A program made the translations under genes and the position numbers. Below, piece by piece: positions 55,746 through 63,444 of a stretch of DNA of 64,000 bases (position 1 is the stretch's first letter; each line of letters starts with the position of its first letter). The DNA comes from a virus (taxonomy: Duplodnaviria; Heunggongvirae; Uroviricota; Caudoviricetes), in the IMG/VR virus record IMGVR_UViG_3300025778_000009. One strand, 5' to 3'. A model generated the notes under the pieces. That model was given only the letters and a program-made list of their open reading frames with translations, was not told where the DNA came from and searched no databases.

Positions 55746-56533
55746 AAATAGCACATGAAGCTCCTATAAGTATATTTCCTACAGTTCAGCTTATGACCGA
55801 TTATGATTATGCGCTGGTACATTTATTTGAATCTAATTTAATGTATTACCGCATGTTCAAGGATGCAGTGGTAAGCGGACGTGAAGTAATTCTTGATAAT
55901 TCTATTTTTGAATTAGGTACATCATTTGATGGTGATACTTATTTTAATTGGATTGAAAAGTTACAACCTACATGGTACATTATACCAGATGTACTAGAAG
56001 ATAAACAGGGCACTTTGGATAAAATGGATAATTGGTTATCTAAGTATAAAGTCTCTTCAAATATTAAATCTATTGGTGTTATTCAAGGTAAGACTTTTGA
56101 TGAGCTTGCTGAATGTTATTTAAAGATTGCTCCACGGGTAGATAAAATTGCAATCTCTTTTGATTACTCATACTATATAGAATCAACAAAAGATATTAAT
56201 CCTACTAGCAAATACGCTGCATGGATGTTTGGTCGTCAAGCATTGTTAGAGGATTTACTTGCTGATGGTATTATAGATACTAACAAGCCCCATCATTTAT
56301 TAGGTTGCGCTTTACCACAAGAATTCTCTGCCTATAAAGACTATAAGTGGATTGACTCTGTTGATACTTCTAATCCTGTAGTACACGGGTTAAATGGTAT
56401 ACATTATACTTCTAATGGCTTAGATAGTAAAATTTCTACTAAGCTTATTGAGTATATGAACGAACAAGTAACCGATATACAACTTGGTATGGTTAAATAT
56501 AATATTGAAAAATTTAGAGAGTTTTGTAATTGA
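55742..56533 (+). CDS. dpdA: DpdA-like (tRNA-guanine transglycosylase fold) protein lacking the zinc subdomain; candidate DNA 7-deazaguanine transglycosylase
   Basis: NKPHHLLGCALPQEF...IDSVDTSNPVVHGLNG parallels the TGT core KPRYLMGVGKPEDL...DMFDCVMPTRNARNG. ILDNSIFELG lies at the position of the DSGGFQ substrate pocket. The gene sits inside the preQ gene cluster. Confidence 0.55.
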   Translation: MKIAHEAPISIFPTVQLMTDYDYALVHLFESNLMYYRMFKDAVVSGREVILDNSIFELGTSFDGDTYFNWIEKLQPTWYIIPDVLEDKQGTLDKMDNWLSKYKVSSNIKSIGVIQGKTFDELAECYLKIAPRVDKIAISFDYSYYIESTKDINPTSKYAAWMFGRQALLEDLLADGIIDTNKPHHLLGCALPQEFSAYKDYKWIDSVDTSNPVVHGLNGIHYTSNGLDSKISTKLIEYMNEQVTDIQLGMVKYNIEKFREFCN

Positions 56534-57066
56534 GACCGTGGATAGCTCTTTTTAGTCAAACTGGAAGTGAACTCAAAAGTATTTGTGATCACTTTAACGT
56601 ATGGCCTACAAACATATATACTAACAATTATAATGAAGATCAATGGGCTCATAATATACCTGTTGATAAAGTAACCATTATGAGCCATGATGCTATTCAT
56701 AATGGATTGCGCTTTACTAAGCAAAATTGCTTTGTAACCTTGCATGGATATCTTCGTATTATACCTGCTGACGTTTGTAAAATGCATGACATTTACAACG
56801 GTCATCCTGCACCTATACATCTTTATCCAGAACTTAAAGGTAAAGACCCTCAAGAGCGTATTTGGGAAGGTAATGCCAGGTATCATACATTAGGTTCAGT
56901 TATTCACAGAGTAACAGAAGGTGTTGATGAAGGCGAAATAGTTTATAGTGTTATTGAAGATAATACTTGCATTAGTAAGGAAGAGCTTTATAATACACTT
57001 AAGGATTGCTCATATAATTCGTGGATTGAATTTTTAGAAAGTAAGATAGATGTCAGCAAAAGATAA
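56530..57066 (+). CDS. PurN/Fmt-like formyltransferase (minimal N-terminal catalytic domain)
   Basis: RPWIALFSQTGSELKSI matches PurN RIAVLISGSGSNLQAI. FVTLHGYLRIIPADVCKMHDIYNGHPAPIHLYPELKG matches PurN VVLAGYMRIL...NIHPSLLPKYPG, with catalytic N, H and D. HRVTEGVDEGEIV matches PurN HFVTDELDGGPVI. Confidence 0.7.
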   Translation: MRPWIALFSQTGSELKSICDHFNVWPTNIYTNNYNEDQWAHNIPVDKVTIMSHDAIHNGLRFTKQNCFVTLHGYLRIIPADVCKMHDIYNGHPAPIHLYPELKGKDPQERIWEGNARYHTLGSVIHRVTEGVDEGEIVYSVIEDNTCISKEELYNTLKDCSYNSWIEFLESKIDVSKR

Positions 57067-57304
57067 TAAAGATGCAATTAGACCTAATCATTATAAAGGT
57101 AAAGGTAAATACGAATGCATCGATGTAATTGAAGATCTCTGCAATACTTCTACTAATGATCGATTTACTGACTACAATAGGTTTCAAGCTTTTAAATATG
57201 TCTGGCGTGCAGGTAATAAAGATCCTGTAATTCAGGATCTTAAGAAAGCTATTACGTTTTTAGAATTTGCAATTGCATATGAGGAAAAGAAAAATGTCAA
57301 GTAA
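57050..57304 (+). CDS. small conserved phage protein (DUF3310-like)
   Basis: RPNHYKGKGKYECIDVIEDL resembles the P-x-HY...G-x-E-x-ID-x-I signature recalled for DUF3310. Confidence 0.4.
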   Translation: MSAKDNKDAIRPNHYKGKGKYECIDVIEDLCNTSTNDRFTDYNRFQAFKYVWRAGNKDPVIQDLKKAITFLEFAIAYEEKKNVK

Positions 57305-58235
57305 GATTGAAGATATTGCATCCGTACACTTAGGAAAGGCTGGAGATGGATCAGTTGTTAAGCCTTATATTACTCCCGATTTTATTGATCGTAGCCTTCT
57401 TGTGGGTATTCCTCGCATGCTTAATCGCACTGCTTACAATATTGATGAATCTGATCTACCTTTCGTTGGTTTTGATACTTGGAACTGTTATGAGTTTTCT
57501 ACCCTTACTGATAATGGGTTTCCTGTTTGTGGTGTTATTAGGATTAGTTATCCGTCTGATTCGCCTAATATTGTAGAGTCAAAGTCACTTAAACTCTATA
57601 TGAACTCATTTAACATGACTCACTGTGGTAAGACCGTTGAGGATGTTATTGCAAAAGCAGAAGAAGTTATTATTCAAGATCTTGCACCTGCATTAGGTAT
57701 TGAGTATGATGATCTCTCAGTATCATTTGTTAATGAGTTTTCAGATACAGTAACACCAATCAAGAATTATTTTGCTCTTCTTGAAACTACAGTAGATGTA
57801 GAAAATATTTCGTTTGACCATTTTAACGAAGATCCAGATATCTTACAAATTGTAGATTATACTGGTATGAATCAAAATGGTATGCAAGTACGTTCTGCAG
57901 TTCTTCGTTCTAACTGCCGTGTTACTAATCAGCCAGACTGGGGTGATGTATATATTTCATTCAGAGGTGAAAAAGGTGTAACACCTGAATCACTACTACA
58001 GTATATTGTTTCTATGCGTAAAGAAAATCACTTTCATGAAGAGATTTGTGAGTGCATTTATAAGCGACTTCATGATATGCTACAACCAGAAGATCTTTTT
58101 GTAGCATGTCTGTATACACGTCGTGGTGGTATTGATATTAATCCAGCACGCGCTTCTAGCTATGAGCTATTAATGACTTATGCAGATAATCTAAGCAAGA
58201 CTCATAAATTGAACAATAAGACATTGAGGCAGTAA
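57294..58235 (+). CDS. queF: NADPH-dependent 7-cyano-7-deazaguanine reductase, bimodular (YqcD-type) QueF
   Basis: The first half carries the QueF motif VESKSLKLYMNSFN. The second half carries the catalytic Cys context NCRVTNQPDWGDVYISF and HFHEE. The ATG at 57294 follows GAGGAAAAG. The tracked ORF starts at 57267. Confidence 0.75.
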   Translation: MSSKIEDIASVHLGKAGDGSVVKPYITPDFIDRSLLVGIPRMLNRTAYNIDESDLPFVGFDTWNCYEFSTLTDNGFPVCGVIRISYPSDSPNIVESKSLKLYMNSFNMTHCGKTVEDVIAKAEEVIIQDLAPALGIEYDDLSVSFVNEFSDTVTPIKNYFALLETTVDVENISFDHFNEDPDILQIVDYTGMNQNGMQVRSAVLRSNCRVTNQPDWGDVYISFRGEKGVTPESLLQYIVSMRKENHFHEEICECIYKRLHDMLQPEDLFVACLYTRRGGIDINPARASSYELLMTYADNLSKTHKLNNKTLRQ

Positions 58236-58981
58236 TGAACTTACAAGAAGCATTAGCAGCATTACCTGATACAGATGATAATGTAGTATCCGTTCTTTCT
58301 GGTGGAATGGATTCTACTATCATGACTTACATCCTTGTTGCAAAGTATGGCAAGGAAAGAGTTTTTGCTTTATCATATAACTATGGTCAAAAGCAAAAGA
58401 AAGAACTTGAGATGGCTGCCAAGACATGTGAATATCTTGGCATTGCTCATAAAGTATTGGATCTTGGAATTCTTGGTGATATTGTAAAGGATGTCAGTGC
58501 AAATATCGGCGGCACTGACGTGGCTATGCCAACCATCAAAGATGTTCTTGGAGATCCACAACCTAAAACTTATGTACCATTCCGCAATATGATCTTAAAT
58601 GCATTAGCATTTTCATTTGCTGAATCTAATAAAGCTTCTCATGTATTTACCGGTTTACAAGTACATGACGAGTATGGCTACTGGGATACTTCTCAGAAAT
58701 TTGTTGATAATATGAATGCAGTTGCTGGTCTTAATCGCACCCACAAGGTTAAGCTTGAAGCGCCTTTTAGTCAATTAGCAAAGTGGGAAGAGATCAAGAT
58801 TGCAGAGGAGCTTGGTAATGTTAAACTTGAATACACTCTTACTTGTTATGATCCTGATGATGATGGAAGGTCATGTGGTGTTTGCCCCAGCTGTTCGGAG
58901 CGTATACAGAATTTTATTAGAGCTAATGTTCGTGATCCTATTGCTTACGTACACGGTATCGATTGGGATAGATTTATATAA
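58235..58981 (+). CDS. queC: 7-cyano-7-deazaguanine synthase
   Basis: VVSVLSGGMDSTIM is the PP-loop. The C-terminal zinc ligands are CYDPDDDGRSCGVCPSCSERI, a QueC-type CxxC...C cluster. Confidence 0.8.
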   Translation: MNLQEALAALPDTDDNVVSVLSGGMDSTIMTYILVAKYGKERVFALSYNYGQKQKKELEMAAKTCEYLGIAHKVLDLGILGDIVKDVSANIGGTDVAMPTIKDVLGDPQPKTYVPFRNMILNALAFSFAESNKASHVFTGLQVHDEYGYWDTSQKFVDNMNAVAGLNRTHKVKLEAPFSQLAKWEEIKIAEELGNVKLEYTLTCYDPDDDGRSCGVCPSCSERIQNFIRANVRDPIAYVHGIDWDRFI

Positions 58982-59610
58982 TGTGCAGTATCATTGGTTC
59001 TTTCAGTAAAGATAAAATTGCTGACCTCGTAAAGCTAAACCTTTATAGAGGTCAGCATTCATATTCTTATTCTTACTATAACCTTGAAGATAATACAATC
59101 CAAGTAAACAGAGGCTTAGGTGAGATACCTCTTGATGCTATTAACATACCCGATAGGTGCTATTGTATTGCTCATATGCAGGCGCCTACAACAGAAAATA
59201 AAGATATAAATTCTGTTCACCCTGCTTATAGTGGTAATGCTTTACTATGGCATAACGGTATAGTAAAGGCAAAATGGATTAACGAACGTAAGCAACAATA
59301 TGAAGGTGACCGTTATAATACTTGGGATACTTATTTGATTTTAAAGCAGTATGCTGAGGAAGGTCACCTAAATAATATTGATGGTACTTTTTCCTGTGTG
59401 TACTACAGTCCTATGGAAGGATTGCAGTTGTTTCGCAATCTCATTTCACCATTGTTCATAGATGATGATCATAATATCTCATCTACAAAATTTGAAAATT
59501 CTCAACCATTACCTGCAAATATTATCTGGAGTTTTAATCCAGGTGAAGGTATTATAAGAGATGGTATTTTTAATACAGTTGAAAACCCTTATTATGGATT
59601 AGATTTATGA
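58981..59610 (+). CDS. class-II (Ntn, AsnB-type) glutamine amidotransferase domain protein; effectively a split Gat-QueC in reversed order
   Basis: The N-terminus MCSIIGSF provides the catalytic Cys2 after Met removal. YRGQHSYS, HNGIVKAKW and GTFSCVYYS parallel AsnB MCSIFGVF, HRGPDWSG, NGEIYN and GMFAFALYD. The start ATG overlaps the queC stop as TAATG. Confidence 0.65.
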   Translation: MCSIIGSFSKDKIADLVKLNLYRGQHSYSYSYYNLEDNTIQVNRGLGEIPLDAINIPDRCYCIAHMQAPTTENKDINSVHPAYSGNALLWHNGIVKAKWINERKQQYEGDRYNTWDTYLILKQYAEEGHLNNIDGTFSCVYYSPMEGLQLFRNLISPLFIDDDHNISSTKFENSQPLPANIIWSFNPGEGIIRDGIFNTVENPYYGLDL

Positions 59611-60122
59611 GTATGTTACATATTGCTTCAAAGAAAACCAAATCAAGTTTAACCAATATGTTGGATGAAGATATCCAACCTAATGCCGTTGATCTTCGTC
59701 TTGATAAAATTTTTATTATTCATCCTGCTCTCTTTACTCTTGGTACTGATGATACTGGTAAAGAAATCAAAAAGCATAGAGGATCAGTAGAGATATATCC
59801 TGATAGTGAAGGTTACTTTTATTTGCATCCAGGTAATGCATACGAAGTTATTATGGAAAATGTTATTGAGGTAGGTGATGGTGAAGCAGGTTGGGTTATT
59901 ACCAGAAGTACTCTTAATCGTAATGGTTTGTATATTACTTCCGGTTTATATGACTCTGGCTATCATGGAGTTATGGCTGGTGCTCTACATGTAAAAAATG
60001 GTCCAGCAAAAATTAAAAAAGGTAGCCGTATTGGCCAGTTTTTACTTTTTAAGTCTGAGTCACTAAAGAAGTATGATGGTGATTATGGTCTCGGTAAAGA
60101 GCATGATAAAAAATATACTTGA
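59607..60122 (+). CDS. dUTPase / dCTP deaminase-family protein (T4 gp56-sized, 171 aa)
   Basis: NAVDLRLDKIFII...ITSGLYDSGYHGVMAGAL contains the GxxDxGYxG motif of the all-beta dUTPase/Dcd superfamily. Confidence 0.6.
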   Translation: MSMLHIASKKTKSSLTNMLDEDIQPNAVDLRLDKIFIIHPALFTLGTDDTGKEIKKHRGSVEIYPDSEGYFYLHPGNAYEVIMENVIEVGDGEAGWVITRSTLNRNGLYITSGLYDSGYHGVMAGALHVKNGPAKIKKGSRIGQFLLFKSESLKKYDGDYGLGKEHDKKYT

Positions 60123-60294
60123 ATATATTAAATGGTCTAACTTATTAATAAAATTTAGATTAAACCCATTTCGGTGGCATATATCCTATAGTTGGTATAC
60201 TCATAGTGATATGGATCCTGGAATGTTAATAAATGCGCATTTAGAATTTGGTCCATTAGAAATTGCATTATGGATTGATGATGGTAGTTGGTAA
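60073..60294 (+). CDS. small hypothetical ORF
   Basis: 73-aa ORF filling the 60123..60314 gap. The call is weak. Confidence 0.2.
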   Translation: MMVIMVSVKSMIKNILEYIKWSNLLIKFRLNPFRWHISYSWYTHSDMDPGMLINAHLEFGPLEIALWIDDGSW

Positions 60295-60314
60295 AAAACA
60301 AGGAAAAATAAAAA

Positions 60315-61388
60315 ATGGAAATTAAAATTGATTTAGAATTATTGCGCTCTAAGAAAATTTTCTTAGCTACACCAATGTATGGTGGTAATTGTAACGGCAT
60401 GTATACCCGTTCATTGTGTGACTTGACCGCTATGTGTGTTAAGTATGGTATTGAACTTCGTTCTTACTTTCTTTTCAACGAGTCCTTGATTACACGTGCT
60501 CGTAACTATTGTGTTGACGAGTTTATGCGTTCAGGTGCAGATCACCTTCTATTCATTGACTCTGACATTGGATTTAATCCACAAGACGTTATTGCTATGA
60601 TGGCATTGCAAGCAGCAGAACCAGAGAAGTATAATGTTATTGGTGGTCCATATCCTAAGAAGTGTATTACATGGGAAAAGATTCTTGCTGCTGTTAATAA
60701 AGGTGTAGCAGATCAAAATCCTAATCAGTTAGAAGATTTCGTCGGTGATTTTGTTTTTAATCCAGTTATTACAGGTGAGCAGACTTCTATTCGTCTTGAT
60801 GAGCCAGCTGAAGTTCTTGAGATCGGTACAGGCTTTATGATGGTAACACGTGATACTTTCTTGACATTTGAAAAAGAGTATCCACAGTATTCCTATAAAC
60901 CAGATCATGTTCGCACCGAAGCCTTTGATGGTTCACGTGAAATTATGATGTACTTCCAGGCTGAAAAAGATGGTTTAGATTATGGCAAGTTCTATGCTGA
61001 CGGTATGCAGAAAATTGCCGCTATGCGTCTCAACGATCCTGATCTAGTACAAGCAGAAATTGAAAAGTTAATGGCAACTGCTATTGAAATGGATTCAAGA
61101 ACTTCTAAGCGTTATCTCTCAGAGGATTATTGGTTCTGTCAATTAGTTCGCCGTATTGGATTGAAGGTCTGGTTGTGCCCTTGGATGCACTTACAGCATG
61201 CTGGTACATATGTGTTTGCTGGTAAGCTACCTGCATTAGCTTCAATTGGTGCATCTGCAACTGCTGATGCTGCTCTTCTTAATAAATTTAAGAACGGCGG
61301 TGTAGCTAAACCAGCAATCGCACCTTCAAAGTCTACACCGGTCATTGCTAATGATCCTGCTCTTCTTAGCAAGTTTAAGAAGATTTAA
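60315..61388 (+). CDS. putative GT-A-fold (DxD) glycosyltransferase with a C-terminal duplicated Lys-Phe-Lys tail
   Basis: IFLATPMYGGNCNG...ITRARNYCVDEFMRSGADHLLFIDSDIGF resembles the GT2 pattern of an N-terminal Rossmann strand followed by R-N-x6-G-x3-L-F-h-D-x-D. The tail carries AALLNKFKNGG and PALLSKFKKI. Confidence 0.4.
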   Translation: MEIKIDLELLRSKKIFLATPMYGGNCNGMYTRSLCDLTAMCVKYGIELRSYFLFNESLITRARNYCVDEFMRSGADHLLFIDSDIGFNPQDVIAMMALQAAEPEKYNVIGGPYPKKCITWEKILAAVNKGVADQNPNQLEDFVGDFVFNPVITGEQTSIRLDEPAEVLEIGTGFMMVTRDTFLTFEKEYPQYSYKPDHVRTEAFDGSREIMMYFQAEKDGLDYGKFYADGMQKIAAMRLNDPDLVQAEIEKLMATAIEMDSRTSKRYLSEDYWFCQLVRRIGLKVWLCPWMHLQHAGTYVFAGKLPALASIGASATADAALLNKFKNGGVAKPAIAPSKSTPVIANDPALLSKFKKI

Positions 61389-61405
61389 CAGAAAGTTAAT
61401 ATATT

Positions 61406-62071
61406 ATGAAATTAAGTGAACATACAGTTAACATTCTTAAGAATTTCTCTAATATTAATCCAATGTTGTTAGTGAACCCTGGTAGTTCACTAACAACTAT
61501 GAATATTAATAGATCTATATTTGCTTCAGCAAACGTAGAAGAGAATTTCCCTAGTCAGTTTGCTATCTTTGAACTACCTAAATTTTTAGGTGTACTTTCT
61601 CTGTTTAAAGAACCAGAGTTAGAGTTTGGTAGCAAGCAAGTTAAAATTGCTTCTGGTCGTCAATCAGTAAATTATACATTTGCAGATCCTTCTATGGTTG
61701 TTGCACCAGATCCAAATAAAAATATTAATTTTCCGGCTGCTGATATTGAGTTCTCCATTTCTCAAGAAGAATTGCAACGTGTAGTGAGAGCCACTGCAGT
61801 TCTTCAGTTGCCGGATATTGCAGTGATAGGTGATGGTGAAAACATCTCTATCACTGCTACCAATTCTAAGAATCCTACTACAGATGGTTTTAGTATTGTT
61901 GTAGGTAACACTAATAAGTCATTTTCAATGTTTTTTGAAGTGGCTGACATTATTAAGTTGATTTCTTCTGATTATAATGTTAAGATATCATCTAAAGGTC
62001 TTTCACAATGGAAGTCTGATAATGTTCTTTATTATGTGGCTGTAAAGGCTAATAGTTCTTTTACAAATTGA
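61406..62071 (+). CDS. gp45: DNA polymerase sliding clamp
   Basis: MKLSEHTVNILKNFSNINPMLLVNPG...FAIFELPKFLGVLSLF aligns with T4 gp45 MKLSKDTTALLKNFATINSGIMLKSG...VAIYDLNGFLGILSLV. Confidence 0.9.
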   Translation: MKLSEHTVNILKNFSNINPMLLVNPGSSLTTMNINRSIFASANVEENFPSQFAIFELPKFLGVLSLFKEPELEFGSKQVKIASGRQSVNYTFADPSMVVAPDPNKNINFPAADIEFSISQEELQRVVRATAVLQLPDIAVIGDGENISITATNSKNPTTDGFSIVVGNTNKSFSMFFEVADIIKLISSDYNVKISSKGLSQWKSDNVLYYVAVKANSSFTN

Positions 62072-62080
62072 GGTGATAAA

Positions 62081-63016
62081 ATGAATGAGTTCTTATGGGT
62101 AGAAAAGTATCGCCCTAAGACCATTAATGACTGCATTCTGCCGGAGGGTCTTAAACAGACCTTTCGGCAATTTGTTGTTAATGGTGAAATACCTAACTTA
62201 TTACTGACAGGTGGTCCTGGTATTGGTAAGACAACAGTAGCGCGTGCTATTTTAGAACAAATTGGTTGTGATTATATTATTATTAACGGGAGTATGAATG
62301 GAAACATCGACACACTTCGTAACGACATCCAACAGTTTGCTTCCTCAGTATCTTTCACTGGAGGTCGTAAGTATGTTATTCTTGACGAAGCTGACTATCT
62401 TAATGCCAATAGCACTCAGCCTGCTTTGCGTAACTTCATGGAAGAGTTCTCACGGAATTGCGGTTTCATTCTTACATGTAACTTTCGCAATCGTATTATT
62501 GATCCTCTCCATTCTCGTTGTTCTGTCGTAGAATTTAAAATAAATAAAAGTGACTATCCGAAGCTGGCTGCACAGTTCTATAAGAGAACTTGTAGGATCC
62601 TGGAGGGCGAGAATGTTACATATGATAAAGCCGTTGTTGCTGATCTTGTTTCTAAGCATATGCCTGACTGGCGTCGTGTGCTTAATGAATTACAAAGATA
62701 CTCTGTAAATGGAACAATTGACACCGGCATATTTGTTAATCTATCTGATGATTCTTTTAAATCTCTTGTAGGATTAGTTAAAGCAAAAAACTTTGCAGAT
62801 ATGCGCAAATGGGTAGGTGAAAACTCAGATTCAGATTCTACTGGATTATTCCGTAAATTTTATGATCAGGCCTATCAATATATTAAGCCTCAATCAATAC
62901 CTGAACTTGTTATGATTATTAGTAAGTATCAGTATCAGGATGCTTTTGTTGCTGATAAGGAAATCAACCTTACTGCGTTTCTTACAGAAACAATGATGAA
63001 TATTGAATTCCTATGA
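62081..63016 (+). CDS. gp44: clamp loader large subunit (AAA+)
   Basis: WVEKYRPKTINDCILPEG...LLLTGGPGIGKTT is a Walker A in the gp44/RFC arrangement. It follows gp45. Confidence 0.9.
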   Translation: MNEFLWVEKYRPKTINDCILPEGLKQTFRQFVVNGEIPNLLLTGGPGIGKTTVARAILEQIGCDYIIINGSMNGNIDTLRNDIQQFASSVSFTGGRKYVILDEADYLNANSTQPALRNFMEEFSRNCGFILTCNFRNRIIDPLHSRCSVVEFKINKSDYPKLAAQFYKRTCRILEGENVTYDKAVVADLVSKHMPDWRRVLNELQRYSVNGTIDTGIFVNLSDDSFKSLVGLVKAKNFADMRKWVGENSDSDSTGLFRKFYDQAYQYIKPQSIPELVMIISKYQYQDAFVADKEINLTAFLTETMMNIEFL

Positions 63017-63444
63017 ACCCATTTGATTTTGTAACTAATATTAATGGAGCTAAAAAAGATCTGATTAGAGATTCAGATAATCCTGATCTTATGGAGAAGT
63101 CTTATAACCCCTTTCTAGTAAATAGGGCTTTATCCTATTTTATAGACACAATCATGTATGCTAATGAGATAAATCAAGCAAAACATATAGATTCTATACT
63201 TCAAAACGATTATTACCTAAATAGTGTACGTTCAGGTAAAAGATTTTCAAAATGGGCTAAACCCATTGAAAACTCCGATATTGAGAGTATACAAGAATAT
63301 TATAAAGTAAGTTACATGAAGGCTTTGGATATTATAAAGGTATTATCCAGAGAACAGATTGACCTTATAAAAACAAAAATAATAAAAGGTGGTAATCATG
63401 TTCAACATCAATCAGCTAGTGGAAGTGAGACTAAAGAACGCTGA
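63013..63444 (+). CDS. gp62: clamp loader small subunit
   Basis: SGKRFSKWAKPIENSDIE matches T4 gp62 RGKRYGKWAKLVEDSTE. The ORF overlaps the gp44 stop. Confidence 0.75.
   Translation: MNPFDFVTNINGAKKDLIRDSDNPDLMEKSYNPFLVNRALSYFIDTIMYANEINQAKHIDSILQNDYYLNSVRSGKRFSKWAKPIENSDIESIQEYYKVSYMKALDIIKVLSREQIDLIKTKIIKGGNHVQHQSASGSETKER

Noticed and set aside
51595-59610. Interpretation of the que genes as a tRNA-queuosine salvage cassette for host translation.
   Set aside because: There is no tgt, queA, queG or queH, which are needed for tRNA queuosine. A TGT-fold protein without the tRNA-binding zinc subdomain is present instead, plus a formyltransferase and nucleases. This fits DNA modification better, but it remains unproven without chemistry.
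59607-60122. Calling the dUTPase-fold protein a T4-type dCTPase, which would imply hydroxymethyl-cytosine DNA.
   Set aside because: No dCMP hydroxymethylase or hmC glucosyltransferase is seen in the window. Fold membership alone cannot distinguish dUTPase, dCTP deaminase and dCTPase.
60123-60314. Possible tRNA in the 190-bp gap between the dUTPase-family gene and the GT-A gene. The segment cctatagttggtatact resembles a D-loop.
   Set aside because: I could not assemble a cloverleaf. There is no GTTCRANYC T-loop, no 7-bp acceptor pairing and no CCA context. The region is also covered by a plausible small ORF.
2206-62808. About 40 short ORFs of 60-160 aa in the six-frame track that lie wholly inside, or antisense to, the long well-supported genes (for example 2206..2415-, 3179..3400+, 9971..10171-, 25693..25896-, 34952..35233+, 47709..48143+, 54148..54480+, 56404..56886-, 62298..62531+).
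   Set aside because: These are shadow or overlapping frames of confidently assigned coding regions. They have low-complexity composition forced by the opposite-strand codons, and no RBS or synteny support.
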